Assembly (NCBI GenBank): GCA_003283765.1
Contig: QBVY01000004.1
Coordinates: 16,493 to 80,492 of the forward strand
Direction: 5' to 3'
Length of the DNA stretch: 64,000 nt
From: SAR86 cluster bacterium AG-313-N18
GTDB lineage: Bacteria; Pseudomonadota; Gammaproteobacteria; Magnimaribacterales; D2472
Every line of letters starts with the position of its first letter. Within the stretch, counting starts at the first letter, position 1. Positions 18,976 through 27,464 of this stretch are shown piece by piece. Below the pieces are notes generated by a model. The model saw nothing but the letters and a program-made list of their open reading frames with translations, did not search any database and had not been told where the DNA came from. A program made the position numbers and the translations under genes.

Positions 18976-19401
18976 ATGCAAATGCTAGAATTCAATTTAT
19001 TTTTAATCGATTATTGGTACTTTTCTGTTCCATTATTTCTTTCTATTATTCTATGGTTTCGTTCAGAAACAAGACGAGGCGGCAATCGTGTGGACTGCAA
19101 TCAGTTGACTAATTTAGTTAATAAAGAGTCTGCTTGCTTGGTCGATGTGAGACCCAAAAGTGAGTTTGACCTTGGGGCTATAGCTGGATCTGTAAATATT
19201 CCCTTCGAAGAGCTAGATAATAGAAATGATGAATTATTGAAACAACAAGAAAACCCGTTGGTATTAATTTGTAAAATGGGAAGGAATGCAGCTCTGGCTG
19301 GTGAGAAGCTACAAAAGTATGGCTACCAAAATACTCATGTGCTGCAAGGTGGAATTTCAACATGGCAGCAAGAGGGACTTCCGCTTGTTAAAGTAAAATA
19401 A
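18976..19401 (+). CDS. yibN: Membrane-anchored rhodanese-domain protein (YibN-like)
   Basis: An N-terminal TM segment followed by a rhodanese domain (LVDVRPKSEFDLGAIAGSVNIP...LICKMGRNA...GGISTW). I prefer ATG 18976 over the track start at 18925, which overlaps gpmA. Confidence 0.75.
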   Translation: MQMLEFNLFLIDYWYFSVPLFLSIILWFRSETRRGGNRVDCNQLTNLVNKESACLVDVRPKSEFDLGAIAGSVNIPFEELDNRNDELLKQQENPLVLICKMGRNAALAGEKLQKYGYQNTHVLQGGISTWQQEGLPLVKVK

Positions 19402-19404
19402 TTC

Positions 19405-19842
19405 ATGAGTTATTACATCAAATTTTTTACACTTCTTTTACTTTTTTCTTTCAATATTTCAGCCCATGAATTAACTATCAACTTATCAGGGCAAACAAAA
19501 GAGGGAGTATTGTCTTTGGCTATTTATAATAATGCTAAGGCATTCAATTATTCTGTTAAGGGAGAAAAGCGATCAGAACAAGGTATATATTCAGGGATAG
19601 AGACTTTTATTGAACTTAAAGAAAGCCATGAGTTTACTATTGATTTACCAGAAGGAGTTTATGCTATTGCGCTTTTTGTTGATGCTAATAAGAATTTAAA
19701 AATTGATAAAAATTTTCTTGGCATTCCTAAGGAGCAGTTTGGTTTTTCTAATAATGCTATGGGAAAATTATCAGCACCTTCTTTTGAGCAAGCAAAATTT
19801 TGGGTTGAGGGAAATACTGTACAAAATATAAAATTGAAATAA
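19405..19842 (+). CDS. DUF2141 domain-containing secreted protein
   Basis: 145 aa with a signal peptide. LGIPKEQFGFSNNAMGKLSAPSFEQAKF matches the conserved DUF2141 C-terminal block. Confidence 0.7.
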   Translation: MSYYIKFFTLLLLFSFNISAHELTINLSGQTKEGVLSLAIYNNAKAFNYSVKGEKRSEQGIYSGIETFIELKESHEFTIDLPEGVYAIALFVDANKNLKIDKNFLGIPKEQFGFSNNAMGKLSAPSFEQAKFWVEGNTVQNIKLK

Positions 19843-19857
19843 TTTGAAATCACAATC

Positions 19858-20109
19858 ATGAAAGACGTAATCATATATACAACTAAAACCTGTCCATACT
19901 GTTACAAAGCAAAAAATTTATTGAAAAGTTTGGAAATTTCTTATCAAGAAGTCTCTGTTGATTTTAATTCTGAGCTAAGGGCCGAGATGGCATCAAAGGC
20001 TGGAAAAACATCTGTTCCCCAGATATGGTTTGGCGGAGATCATATTGGAGGATGTGACGATTTGCATAAGTTACACAGGACTGGTAATTTGTTCGAGGCT
20101 TTAAACTAA
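19858..20109 (+). CDS. grxC: Glutaredoxin 3
   Basis: 83 aa. CPYC active site, TSVPQIW, GGCDDL. Confidence 0.9.
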   Translation: MKDVIIYTTKTCPYCYKAKNLLKSLEISYQEVSVDFNSELRAEMASKAGKTSVPQIWFGGDHIGGCDDLHKLHRTGNLFEALN

Positions 20110-21494
20110 GTTTGTTGCGCTTTTATTTTTTTTGTCAGAGTATTTCTACCAAGGCCTAAAACTTTCGCCGCTTCCTGTTTTTTTCCGCCAGTTTTTTCCA
20201 AAGCAAAATCAATCAAAACTTTGTCTAATGTAGGTTCAATAATTTCAAGCATATTCTGAGAATTGCTTTGATAAACCTCACCAAGCCATTGAGAAAATCC
20301 TGTTTGCCAGTCATCTCCTTGTGTGAGCGGTGATTGATCATTATTAATAATTTCGCTCGGCAAATCTGCTAATTCTACATTCTGCGTTGGCGCCATGAGA
20401 GCGATCCAATAACACGTATTTTCTAATTGTCTAACATTTCCAGGCCAATCATATTGAGTTAAAGCTAAGAGGGCCTCTGGAGAAAGCGCTTTTGGCTCAT
20501 CTAATAAGGAATCTGCATGTCTTTTCAAAAAAGCAGAGGATAAGTCGCCAATATCTTCTTTTCTTTGTCTAAGAGGCGGTACATCGACCCTAATCACATT
20601 CAGCCTGTAGTATAGATCCTCTCTAAAGTTACCAGCAGCAACCAATGACTCTAAGCTTTGGTGAGTGGCAGCTAAAATTCGAACATCCACTTTGATTGGT
20701 TTATCGCCACCAACTCGAAAAAATTCTTTATTTGATAACACTCGCAACAAACGTGTTTGAGTCTCAAGAGGCATATCTCCAATCTCATCAAGAAATAATG
20801 TGCCGCCATTTGCTTGCTCGAACCTACCAATTCTTTGCTCAACAGCACCAGTGAAGGCTCCTTTTTCATGTCCAAAAAGTTCTGATTCAATAAGTTCTTT
20901 GGGAATATCAGCCATGTTTAAGGCTATAAATGGCATATCATGCCTTGGGCTATTTTTATGCAATGACTTGGATACGAGTTCTTTACCAGTTCCAGATTCT
21001 CCTTGGATAAGAACAGTGGCATTTGTATTAGCCAGCTTCCCAATTGATCTAAAGACAATTTGCATTGAAGGCGCTGATCCAATGATTTCTGATTTAGAGA
21101 CTTTTTTTGGTTTAGCTTCTTTGTATTCCTCTAGAGCTTTTTTAACCGTAATAATAGCTTCTTCTAAATCAAAAGGTTTGGGAATATATTCAAAAGCACC
21201 GCCCCCATAAGAATCAATTGCAGCTTGCATATCTGTAAAAGCAGTCATAATTATTACTGGTAATTTGTCATAATTATTCTTGATATGTTTTAGAAGATCA
21301 TAGCCATGCATGCCTGGCATTTTTATATCTGAAATTATAAGGTCTGGTTTATCGTCATTTAATGAATCAATTAATGACTCCCCATCAGCGAAAGTAACGG
21401 TTTCAAGGCCAGCACTCTTCAGGCCTTCTTCGAGAACCATGCGAATAGCTTCATCATCATCAGCGATCCATATTTTAGGCACTTCTAACTCCAT
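20106..21494 (-). CDS. ntrC: Nitrogen regulation protein NR(I), sigma-54-dependent response regulator
   Basis: 462 aa. Receiver domain (DDDEAIR..D..MPGM), AAA+ domain with GESGTGKE and GAFTGA, and a C-terminal Fis-type HTH. Confidence 0.9.
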   Translation of the reverse strand: MELEVPKIWIADDDEAIRMVLEEGLKSAGLETVTFADGESLIDSLNDDKPDLIISDIKMPGMHGYDLLKHIKNNYDKLPVIIMTAFTDMQAAIDSYGGGAFEYIPKPFDLEEAIITVKKALEEYKEAKPKKVSKSEIIGSAPSMQIVFRSIGKLANTNATVLIQGESGTGKELVSKSLHKNSPRHDMPFIALNMADIPKELIESELFGHEKGAFTGAVEQRIGRFEQANGGTLFLDEIGDMPLETQTRLLRVLSNKEFFRVGGDKPIKVDVRILAATHQSLESLVAAGNFREDLYYRLNVIRVDVPPLRQRKEDIGDLSSAFLKRHADSLLDEPKALSPEALLALTQYDWPGNVRQLENTCYWIALMAPTQNVELADLPSEIINNDQSPLTQGDDWQTGFSQWLGEVYQSNSQNMLEIIEPTLDKVLIDFALEKTGGKKQEAAKVLGLGRNTLTKKIKAQQT

Positions 21495-22563
21495 TAATAT
21501 TGCTGTTTGAAATAGGTATTAAAATCGAAAACATTGTTTGATCATCTTTTCGATCAAATGATATTGCACCCCCGTGGATTCTGACGATATCTTGTGAAAT
21601 AGATAAACCGATACCTGAACCATTTTCTTTGCCCGATATCATTGGAAAGAAAATTTGATCTTTAATTGCTGGACTTATACCGGGCCCATTATCTTTAACA
21701 ATGATTTCAGCCAAGGTGTTATGAACTGTTCCATTAATTGGTTGTCGATAAGAAATTTTAGTTTGAATGCTGAGACAGGGTTTTTCAGCAAAATTTGTGC
21801 ATGCATGAACTGCATTCTGAGTAATATTAATTAAAGCCTGGATAAACAAATTTTTATCTCCGTAAATTTCAGGAATACTTGGATCATAATCCCTGTCTAT
21901 TATTAAGTTTTCTTGAGATTCTGCATTACTTAATGCTAATACTCTTTGCAAAGATTCATGAAGATTAAAATATTCCAAAGTTGGTTTTTTTGCTGGAGTT
22001 AATATTCTTGTAACAATCTCATTTAATCTATCTGTTTCCTCTTCAATGATTTTTAAGAATTTTTTTGAAAAATCATCAACATATTTTGACTTTAAAATTT
22101 GAGCGCTACCTTTAATCCCTGACAAGGGATTTTTAACTTCGTGAGCTAAAGTTCTAGCTAAACCAGCTGCAATCTTTTGGGTTGAGAAACTCCTTGTCGA
22201 ATCAATGATTTTATTAAGATTATCAATGCTTACTGCTTCTATAAAAATTAGATTCTTTTTCTCTGCGAAAGTTATAGTTAGATCAACTGTTCTGACAGTA
22301 CCTGATTGATGAACAATTTCAAAATCTCTTCTAGTCACAGACCCAGAATTCTCTCTAGTTTTTTTTAAAATGTCATTGATCTGAAATCCTGTTTCTTCAT
22401 TTAGCAATGATGAGATTGACTTATCTTCAAACTTTGAAGAATCACCAATCCAGTTTGCAGCTTTTGCCGCATCATTAATCCAAAGCAGCTTGAAACCATT
22501 TCCATCTAAAATAATGATTTCAGTATTTAAGTTATCAAACGCTTTAAATTCTGTGTAATCCAT
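21475..22563 (-). CDS. ntrB: Nitrogen regulation sensor histidine kinase NR(II)
   Basis: 362 aa. N-terminal PAS-like region, H-box HEVKNPLSGIKG, then N and G boxes (NAVHA, DNGPGI, GSGIGL). It overlaps ntrC by 20 nt. Confidence 0.85.
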   Translation of the reverse strand: MDYTEFKAFDNLNTEIIILDGNGFKLLWINDAAKAANWIGDSSKFEDKSISSLLNEETGFQINDILKKTRENSGSVTRRDFEIVHQSGTVRTVDLTITFAEKKNLIFIEAVSIDNLNKIIDSTRSFSTQKIAAGLARTLAHEVKNPLSGIKGSAQILKSKYVDDFSKKFLKIIEEETDRLNEIVTRILTPAKKPTLEYFNLHESLQRVLALSNAESQENLIIDRDYDPSIPEIYGDKNLFIQALINITQNAVHACTNFAEKPCLSIQTKISYRQPINGTVHNTLAEIIVKDNGPGISPAIKDQIFFPMISGKENGSGIGLSISQDIVRIHGGAISFDRKDDQTMFSILIPISNSNINGVRSA

Positions 22564-22581
22564 AAACGGACTTTAAAGAAC

Positions 22582-22607
22582 AAAGCCCTCTTTTAAAGAG
22601 GGCTTTT
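22582..22607 (-). terminator. Hairpin (partial terminator/attenuator) between the GS gene and ntrB
   Basis: AAAGCCCTCTTT/AAAGAGGGCTTT near-perfect palindrome. On the minus-strand RNA the stem is followed by GUUCUUU, a weak U-tract, so read-through into ntrBC is plausible. Confidence 0.5.
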
Positions 22608-22643
22608 TAAATTTCTCAGTATAAGACTTATCCAATCTCTAGT

Positions 22644-23624
22644 TTATTTAGTTAAAGTTCCAACAATGTGGGCTAAGATTTTATATGGATCTGCATTAGA
22701 GGCTGGTCTTCTATCTTCCAAATAACCGTTCCAGTTATGTTCGACTGTATATACAGGGATTCTAATACTCGCTCCTCGGTCACTTACCCCATAAGAAAAT
22801 TGATCAATGCTTTGAGTTTCATGAAGGCCGGTTAATCTCATGTCATTATCAGAACCATAAGCTGCAATTCCTTCTTGATGAACTTTGCCAAGTTTGTCGC
22901 ACATAGATGAAAATAATTCCTCTGAACCTCGAGATCTCATCTCTTCATTAGAAAAATTAGTATGCATTCCAGAGCCGTTCCAGTCTCCAGTTTTAGGTTT
23001 AGGGTGAATATTTACTCCCACACCATACTCTTCAGCAATCTTATAAAGCATATATCTACTAACCCATAGATCATCTGCCGCTTTAATACCCTTGCCAAGA
23101 CATTGATACTCCCATTGTCCAAGTGCTACTTCAGCATTAGTTCCTGTTAATGTGATTCCAAGGTCTAAACATGCTTGAAGATGATGATCTGATATTTCTC
23201 TCCCAACCACATTTCCTGCACCTACGCCGCAATAAAAATCACCTTGTGCTCTTGGCTCACCATTTTCCCACCCCAGGGGTTCACCGGTTTCAGGATCTGT
23301 AAAGAAAAACTCTTGCTCAAATCCAAACCACCAGTCATCGGTTACTACAGCTTCAGCTGCAGCGCGAAAGTTGGTTGGATGAGTAGTGTGATCAGCTGAT
23401 TGAACCTGTGTCATAACTAGATTATGACCATGAGGATTTTCATATGTTTGAACTGGAAGAAGCAAACAGTCTGAACTCCCGCCTTCAGCTTGTTGTGTTG
23501 ATGACCCATCAAAAGACCAATCAGGTGGCGTGCTTGCATCAGTAGCTTTAACCTTACTTCTCATTGACGGTTCTGGCTGATATCCATCAAGCCATATATA
23601 TTCATAAGTTTTGTATTCTGACAT
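22644..23624 (-). CDS. glnII: Glutamine synthetase, type II (eukaryote-like)
   Basis: 326 aa. YEYIWLDGY, FDGSSTQQAEG.SSDC, WFGFEQEFF, NAEVALGQWEY, DWNGSGMHTNFS, RLTG.HET and DRGASIRIP align along their whole length with rhizobial/eukaryotic GSII rather than the roughly 470-aa GSI. Confidence 0.9.
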   Translation of the reverse strand: MSEYKTYEYIWLDGYQPEPSMRSKVKATDASTPPDWSFDGSSTQQAEGGSSDCLLLPVQTYENPHGHNLVMTQVQSADHTTHPTNFRAAAEAVVTDDWWFGFEQEFFFTDPETGEPLGWENGEPRAQGDFYCGVGAGNVVGREISDHHLQACLDLGITLTGTNAEVALGQWEYQCLGKGIKAADDLWVSRYMLYKIAEEYGVGVNIHPKPKTGDWNGSGMHTNFSNEEMRSRGSEELFSSMCDKLGKVHQEGIAAYGSDNDMRLTGLHETQSIDQFSYGVSDRGASIRIPVYTVEHNWNGYLEDRRPASNADPYKILAHIVGTLTK

Positions 23625-23665
23625 TTTAATTCTCCTAAAATTTTTAAATACTTATTTTATATATA

Positions 23666-23681
23666 TGCAACATCTATGCCA
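23666..23681 (-). promoter_or_regulatory. Sigma-54 (-24/-12) promoter of the GS gene
   Basis: The minus strand reads TGGCATAGATGTTGCA, which matches TGGCAC-N5-TTGCA with correct GG/GC spacing. It ends about 40 nt upstream of the ATG at 23624. Confidence 0.7.
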
Positions 23682-23688
23682 ATCTACT

Positions 23689-23705
23689 TGCACATAAAAT
23701 GTGCA
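23689..23705. promoter_or_regulatory. NtrC-type binding palindrome (proximal)
   Basis: TGCACA-TAAAA-TGTGCA has the same 17-bp TGCAC-N7-GTGCA architecture as enteric NtrC sites. Confidence 0.55.
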
Positions 23706-23740
23706 AATTATGATTAATTATAGGGCAAGTAATAATAATA

Positions 23741-23757
23741 TGCACTTTTTTAGTGCA
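23741..23757. promoter_or_regulatory. NtrC-type binding palindrome (distal)
   Basis: TGCACT-TTTTT-AGTGCA, centred 52 bp from the proximal site. It overlaps the stop codon of the yqiA-like gene. Confidence 0.5.
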
Positions 23758-24322
23758 TATTTAGAAAATTCTGTATTATATGAATATGAGAATCAAAATC
23801 TTCGAAGGAATGATTGCCTCCAAATGTAACCTCCATTTGACTACCTGAAAAGTACTCAATAGCTAGTTTGTAATCAAGCACTTCATCTCCTGACTGAACT
23901 AAGGTAATGAAGTTAATATGCTTCTTTAACTTTCTAATTTTTTTATTCATTACATCTAACCAGTCCAACTGACCTTGATCAATAACAAACTTTTCTCCGG
24001 TTGAGTAGTTTTTATTTTCACCAAGATATTCAGACATGTCTATTGGGGGAATTGCAGGATTTATGTTCACACATAAAAGATCATATTTTTGTGCAAAGTA
24101 TGTACCAAAAAAACCGCCTAACGAGCTTCCGATAATTGAGGAAGGAGACTCTGTTTTAATTATTGCTTCAATCTGCTGATAAGCATTTTTAATATTATTA
24201 TCCAAATCAGGAATTAGGATTTTTGTTGAGCTAGTATTTTTTTTTACAAAAGACTCAATTACTTTTGCTTTCATTGAATCTGCTGAGGAAGCAAATCCAT
24301 GTAGATATAAAATTTTAGTCAT
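23750..24322 (-). CDS. yqiA: YqiA-like esterase (UPF0227 alpha/beta hydrolase)
   Basis: 190 aa. ILYLHGFASS N-terminus, GSSLGG nucleophile elbow, and a conserved position after the DUF1249 gene. Confidence 0.7.
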   Translation of the reverse strand: MTKILYLHGFASSADSMKAKVIESFVKKNTSSTKILIPDLDNNIKNAYQQIEAIIKTESPSSIIGSSLGGFFGTYFAQKYDLLCVNINPAIPPIDMSEYLGENKNYSTGEKFVIDQGQLDWLDVMNKKIRKLKKHINFITLVQSGDEVLDYKLAIEYFSGSQMEVTFGGNHSFEDFDSHIHIIQNFLNMH

Positions 24323-24746
24323 TCAAAAAATTTATTTCCTTTGCTTCAACTGCCCCATTTAAAAAAATGTTTTCAAGCCATTCAGTTAGAATTCTATTTT
24401 GTTGATATTTTTCATCTTGTGATTGTGAGAATGGAGATGGAATAAAAAATGGAACAGGTTTTTCTTGTTGGTAAGAAATTACCTCTGCTAACCTTGCATC
24501 AATGTAAATATTTATTCTCAGCAAAAAATTTATCAAGGCCGCATCTTTATTTTTAAATTTTGCTTCGATCATGAGCGTATGTGGTGTTCTAGAGATTACC
24601 AGAAATTCAGCTTGATTTTTTTGTTCGTTATTTAGAATTTCAAATGTATAAGCATCATTTTCAAAACCACATAGAATTTTTCTCAGCCTGGAAAAATTTG
24701 CACTGCAAGTTGTTAAATGATTTTTTGTTTTTAAACTTTTATACAT
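24315..24746 (-). CDS. yqiB: DUF1249 family protein (YqiB-like)
   Basis: 143 aa. C.ANFSRLRKIL, YIDARLAEV and DEKYQQNRILTEWLENIFLNGA parallel the E. coli YqiB blocks (CEMNFSQLRRLL, YHDAMVAEV, DEKHQINQFLADWL). Confidence 0.7.
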   Translation of the reverse strand: MYKSLKTKNHLTTCSANFSRLRKILCGFENDAYTFEILNNEQKNQAEFLVISRTPHTLMIEAKFKNKDAALINFLLRINIYIDARLAEVISYQQEKPVPFFIPSPFSQSQDEKYQQNRILTEWLENIFLNGAVEAKEINFLND

Positions 24747-25871
24747 TTATTTGATTCTATAATTATTGTTAAACGGTGTATAGGATTTGCATGCTTCAAT
24801 ATAATTTTCAATTTGAATCCTTTCTGATTTACAAAAAGCACTCACTGCTTGCTCAAAATCATCTCTTAAAAAAAAATGAAATGAGGAGCTTAAGTGTGGT
24901 TGAAATCCTCTTCTGATTTTATGCTCTCCCTGAACTCCTGGATCAAAAAATTTGAGATTATTTTTGATGCAATATTCTATGCCTTGATAGTAACAGCATT
25001 CGAAATGTAAATTTTTTATTTTTGTTGTGGCTCCCCAATGCCTTCCATATAAAGTGTCCTCACCCTCAAAACACAATGATGCACCAATAGGCTCTCCTGC
25101 AATTTCAGCAAAGAAAATAACTGGTTTAACTATCTGATTTGCGGTGTTAATTAATCTAAAAAATTCTTTACTTAGATATGGATTTTGAGCTCTTTCATAG
25201 TAGGTTTTTTGATAAAATACATAAAATAAATTCCAATCCTCATCAGTAATTTTATTATGTTTTTTACATTTAAATTTAATATCTAGTTTAGAAATACTTT
25301 TTCGTTCTTTGCGAATAGTTGCTCTTTGGCGAGAAGTAAATATAGATAGAAAATCATCAAAATCAATATAATTTTCATTTTTCCAAGTAAACCTATAGTT
25401 ATATCTTTCAACAAAATTTCTTTCTCTTAAGATACTTTTTCCTGATTCATTGGGAAAAAGAATATGCCAGGATTCTATTTCCTCTGCTTCCATTTTTTTA
25501 ATACCGGCATCAATAAGATTTAATTTAGATTGATCATCCTTGCCTAAAATTCTATCTCCTTCACAAGGAGTGAAAGGAATGGCTGTTAGTAATTTTGGAT
25601 AATAATTTCTGCCAGCCCTATTTAATGCATTTGCCCACTGATGATCAAAAATGAATTCCCCATAGCTATTAAATTTTTTGTATAAAGGAAGAAAACCTAT
25701 TAATTTTTTATTTTTGATTTCGCCAAGATGATCCGGAATCCAGCCAGATTTTTCTGATGCAGAATTACTTTGTTCCATTGCTCGTAAATATGAAAAATCT
25801 TCAAAAGGATTATTGGCTTTTATTGAATAAAGCTTTTCTTGTAAATCAATTTTTTTGATTTCAGATAACAT
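24747..25871 (-). CDS. GNAT/FemAB-like N-acetyltransferase family protein (DUF482)
   Basis: 374 aa. FDHQWANA, YYPKLL..IPFTP and the C-terminal GEHKIRRGF resemble the DUF482 (PF04339) family. Confidence 0.6.
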   Translation of the reverse strand: MLSEIKKIDLQEKLYSIKANNPFEDFSYLRAMEQSNSASEKSGWIPDHLGEIKNKKLIGFLPLYKKFNSYGEFIFDHQWANALNRAGRNYYPKLLTAIPFTPCEGDRILGKDDQSKLNLIDAGIKKMEAEEIESWHILFPNESGKSILRERNFVERYNYRFTWKNENYIDFDDFLSIFTSRQRATIRKERKSISKLDIKFKCKKHNKITDEDWNLFYVFYQKTYYERAQNPYLSKEFFRLINTANQIVKPVIFFAEIAGEPIGASLCFEGEDTLYGRHWGATTKIKNLHFECCYYQGIEYCIKNNLKFFDPGVQGEHKIRRGFQPHLSSSFHFFLRDDFEQAVSAFCKSERIQIENYIEACKSYTPFNNNYRIK

Positions 25872-25875
25872 TCAA

Positions 25876-26718
25876 TTAGATTATCAGAAAACAAAATACA
25901 GAGAGGATGAGTAAATATAAAGATGCCCAATGATTATTTTTAAAAGCTAGCAAAAAATTTTTTTGCGAAGCCAGCCGATGCTGATAAAAATAAAAGCCAC
26001 TTAATAATATTATTCCTATGTACCAAGCGAATGAGAGTTCTGCTTTTAATCCCACGATGAGAAAAAGGCTAATCACAGAAAATTGTAGAATTGCAATTAC
26101 TAATAAAGTTTTTGATCCCCACCATAGGGGAGTCGAATGGATGCCTAATTTTTTATCATCTTCTATGTCACACAATCCATAGAAGGAGTCGAAGGCAATA
26201 GTTTTTGCCGCGATGGCTAAGTAGAGAAAAATCATCGTTGGATTGTTTAACTCATTTGTCATTGCGTAGACAATAATTGTAGGGTTGAAAGTTAGTCCAA
26301 GAAAAATCTGAGGCCCAATAAAAAACCTCTTTGTCAGAGGATACAAAACTATCATCAATCCAAAGCAGATGCTTATAAGAATAGTATTTTTATTGGTGAA
26401 GCTAAGTAACATCAGGCTAATAACACCAAGCGCAACAAAAACAGCCCAACTTTCAGATATTGAGAGCTTTTTACTAGGTAATGGCCTTGTTTTTGTTCTC
26501 TTTACGCCTCCATCAAGATCTTTATCCCAGATATCATTAATAACACAGCCTGCTGATCTAACTAAAATACTTCCAATAATAATAATTAATAAATGAGAGT
26601 ACATAAAATTACCATTTGTGCTGATCACAAGGGCTAATAATGCTGGCCAAAGCAAAAGATATATACCGATTGGCTTGTTTAGCCGCATTAATTCAAAAAT
26701 GGCTAGTAACTTATTCAC
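25876..26718 (-). CDS. ubiA: 4-hydroxybenzoate polyprenyltransferase
   Basis: MRLNKPIGIYLLLWPAL and NDIWDKDLD (NDxxDxxxD) motifs, with many TM segments. I prefer GTG at 26718, which forms a GTGA overlap with the ubiC stop, over the track's ATG at 26787, which runs 73 nt into ubiC. Confidence 0.9.
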   Translation of the reverse strand: MNKLLAIFELMRLNKPIGIYLLLWPALLALVISTNGNFMYSHLLIIIIGSILVRSAGCVINDIWDKDLDGGVKRTKTRPLPSKKLSISESWAVFVALGVISLMLLSFTNKNTILISICFGLMIVLYPLTKRFFIGPQIFLGLTFNPTIIVYAMTNELNNPTMIFLYLAIAAKTIAFDSFYGLCDIEDDKKLGIHSTPLWWGSKTLLVIAILQFSVISLFLIVGLKAELSFAWYIGIILLSGFYFYQHRLASQKNFLLAFKNNHWASLYLLILSVFCFLII

Positions 26719-27206
26719 GGCGACAAAAAAACCTCCATAACACTTAATGGATATCCTCGAACAAGGTAATGTGTTCTTCTTCCCCAAATCACTTCTTCAG
26801 AAGGGTTTTGAAATTGTGCGAACTCTTGATGTGTTTTAACAAATAGATCGCTTTGAAAGAGTAAATCACCGAGTGGCTTTGATCCAATTGTCCCCAAGCC
26901 TGGATAGCCTTTTGATGCTGTGAGGTTTGGGATGATGCTTCTCGCATAAACGAGCGGTTTTAGATCACCGTATAAAATTACTTCCCTGATACGAACTTCT
27001 TCTGAAGCGATATTAAGCGCAAAATATTCTTCATCCTCTGCCATGCCAATGTCATCACTTAAAACCTCAAGCTTAAATTTAAAATCTGATGAAATTCTTG
27101 CAGTAATTGAACCTTCTTCATTCAGCCAATCTAGAATGTTTTGCTCTTTTAGAGAGCTTTTTAGCTCTGAGCTATTTAGCCACTTATTAATTCTTTTTGC
27201 TTGCAT
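26715..27206 (-). CDS. ubiC: Chorismate pyruvate-lyase
   Basis: 163 aa. LDWL..EGSIT.R, REV.L.GD..P.VYARS, PLG..LF and WGRR......G.PL.V.EVFL parallel E. coli UbiC. It lies directly upstream of ubiA. Confidence 0.85.
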   Translation of the reverse strand: MQAKRINKWLNSSELKSSLKEQNILDWLNEEGSITARISSDFKFKLEVLSDDIGMAEDEEYFALNIASEEVRIREVILYGDLKPLVYARSIIPNLTASKGYPGLGTIGSKPLGDLLFQSDLFVKTHQEFAQFQNPSEEVIWGRRTHYLVRGYPLSVMEVFLSP

Positions 27207-27293
27207 GAATTAGATCTATAAAATCTGATATTATAGCCTGCTTAATTTTCATTAAATGAGACTTTTTAAGTCAGATTAACTAAGAGAGAGAAA

Positions 27294-27464
27294 ATGGAAT
27301 ACAAAAAATGGGAATGCATCGTATGTGGACTAATATATGATGAAGAATTAGGTTGGCCAGATGATGGTATTGCTCCAGGAACAGCCTGGGACGATGTTCC
27401 TGATGATTGGTTATGCCCTGATTGTGGGGTGGGTAAAGAAGATTTTGAAATGACAGAAATTTAA
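27294..27464 (+). CDS. rubA: Rubredoxin (not in the supplied ORF track)
   Basis: Hand translation: [56 protein letters not shown] (56 aa). CxxCG and CPxCG iron ligands are present. An AGAGAGAGAAA purine tract lies upstream. The stop overlaps the next ATG (TAATG). Confidence 0.9.
   Translation: MEYKKWECIVCGLIYDEELGWPDDGIAPGTAWDDVPDDWLCPDCGVGKEDFEMTEI

Noticed and set aside
20800-21210. A 136-aa ORF antisense to ntrC. Similar antisense or overlapping ORFs occur at 1332..1568, 4565..4786, 14890..15240, 44885..45220, 53006..53368 and 57386..57673.
   Set aside because: Each lies wholly inside a confidently identified gene on the other strand. They show no recognisable domains and have low-complexity composition. 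They are typical shadow ORFs.
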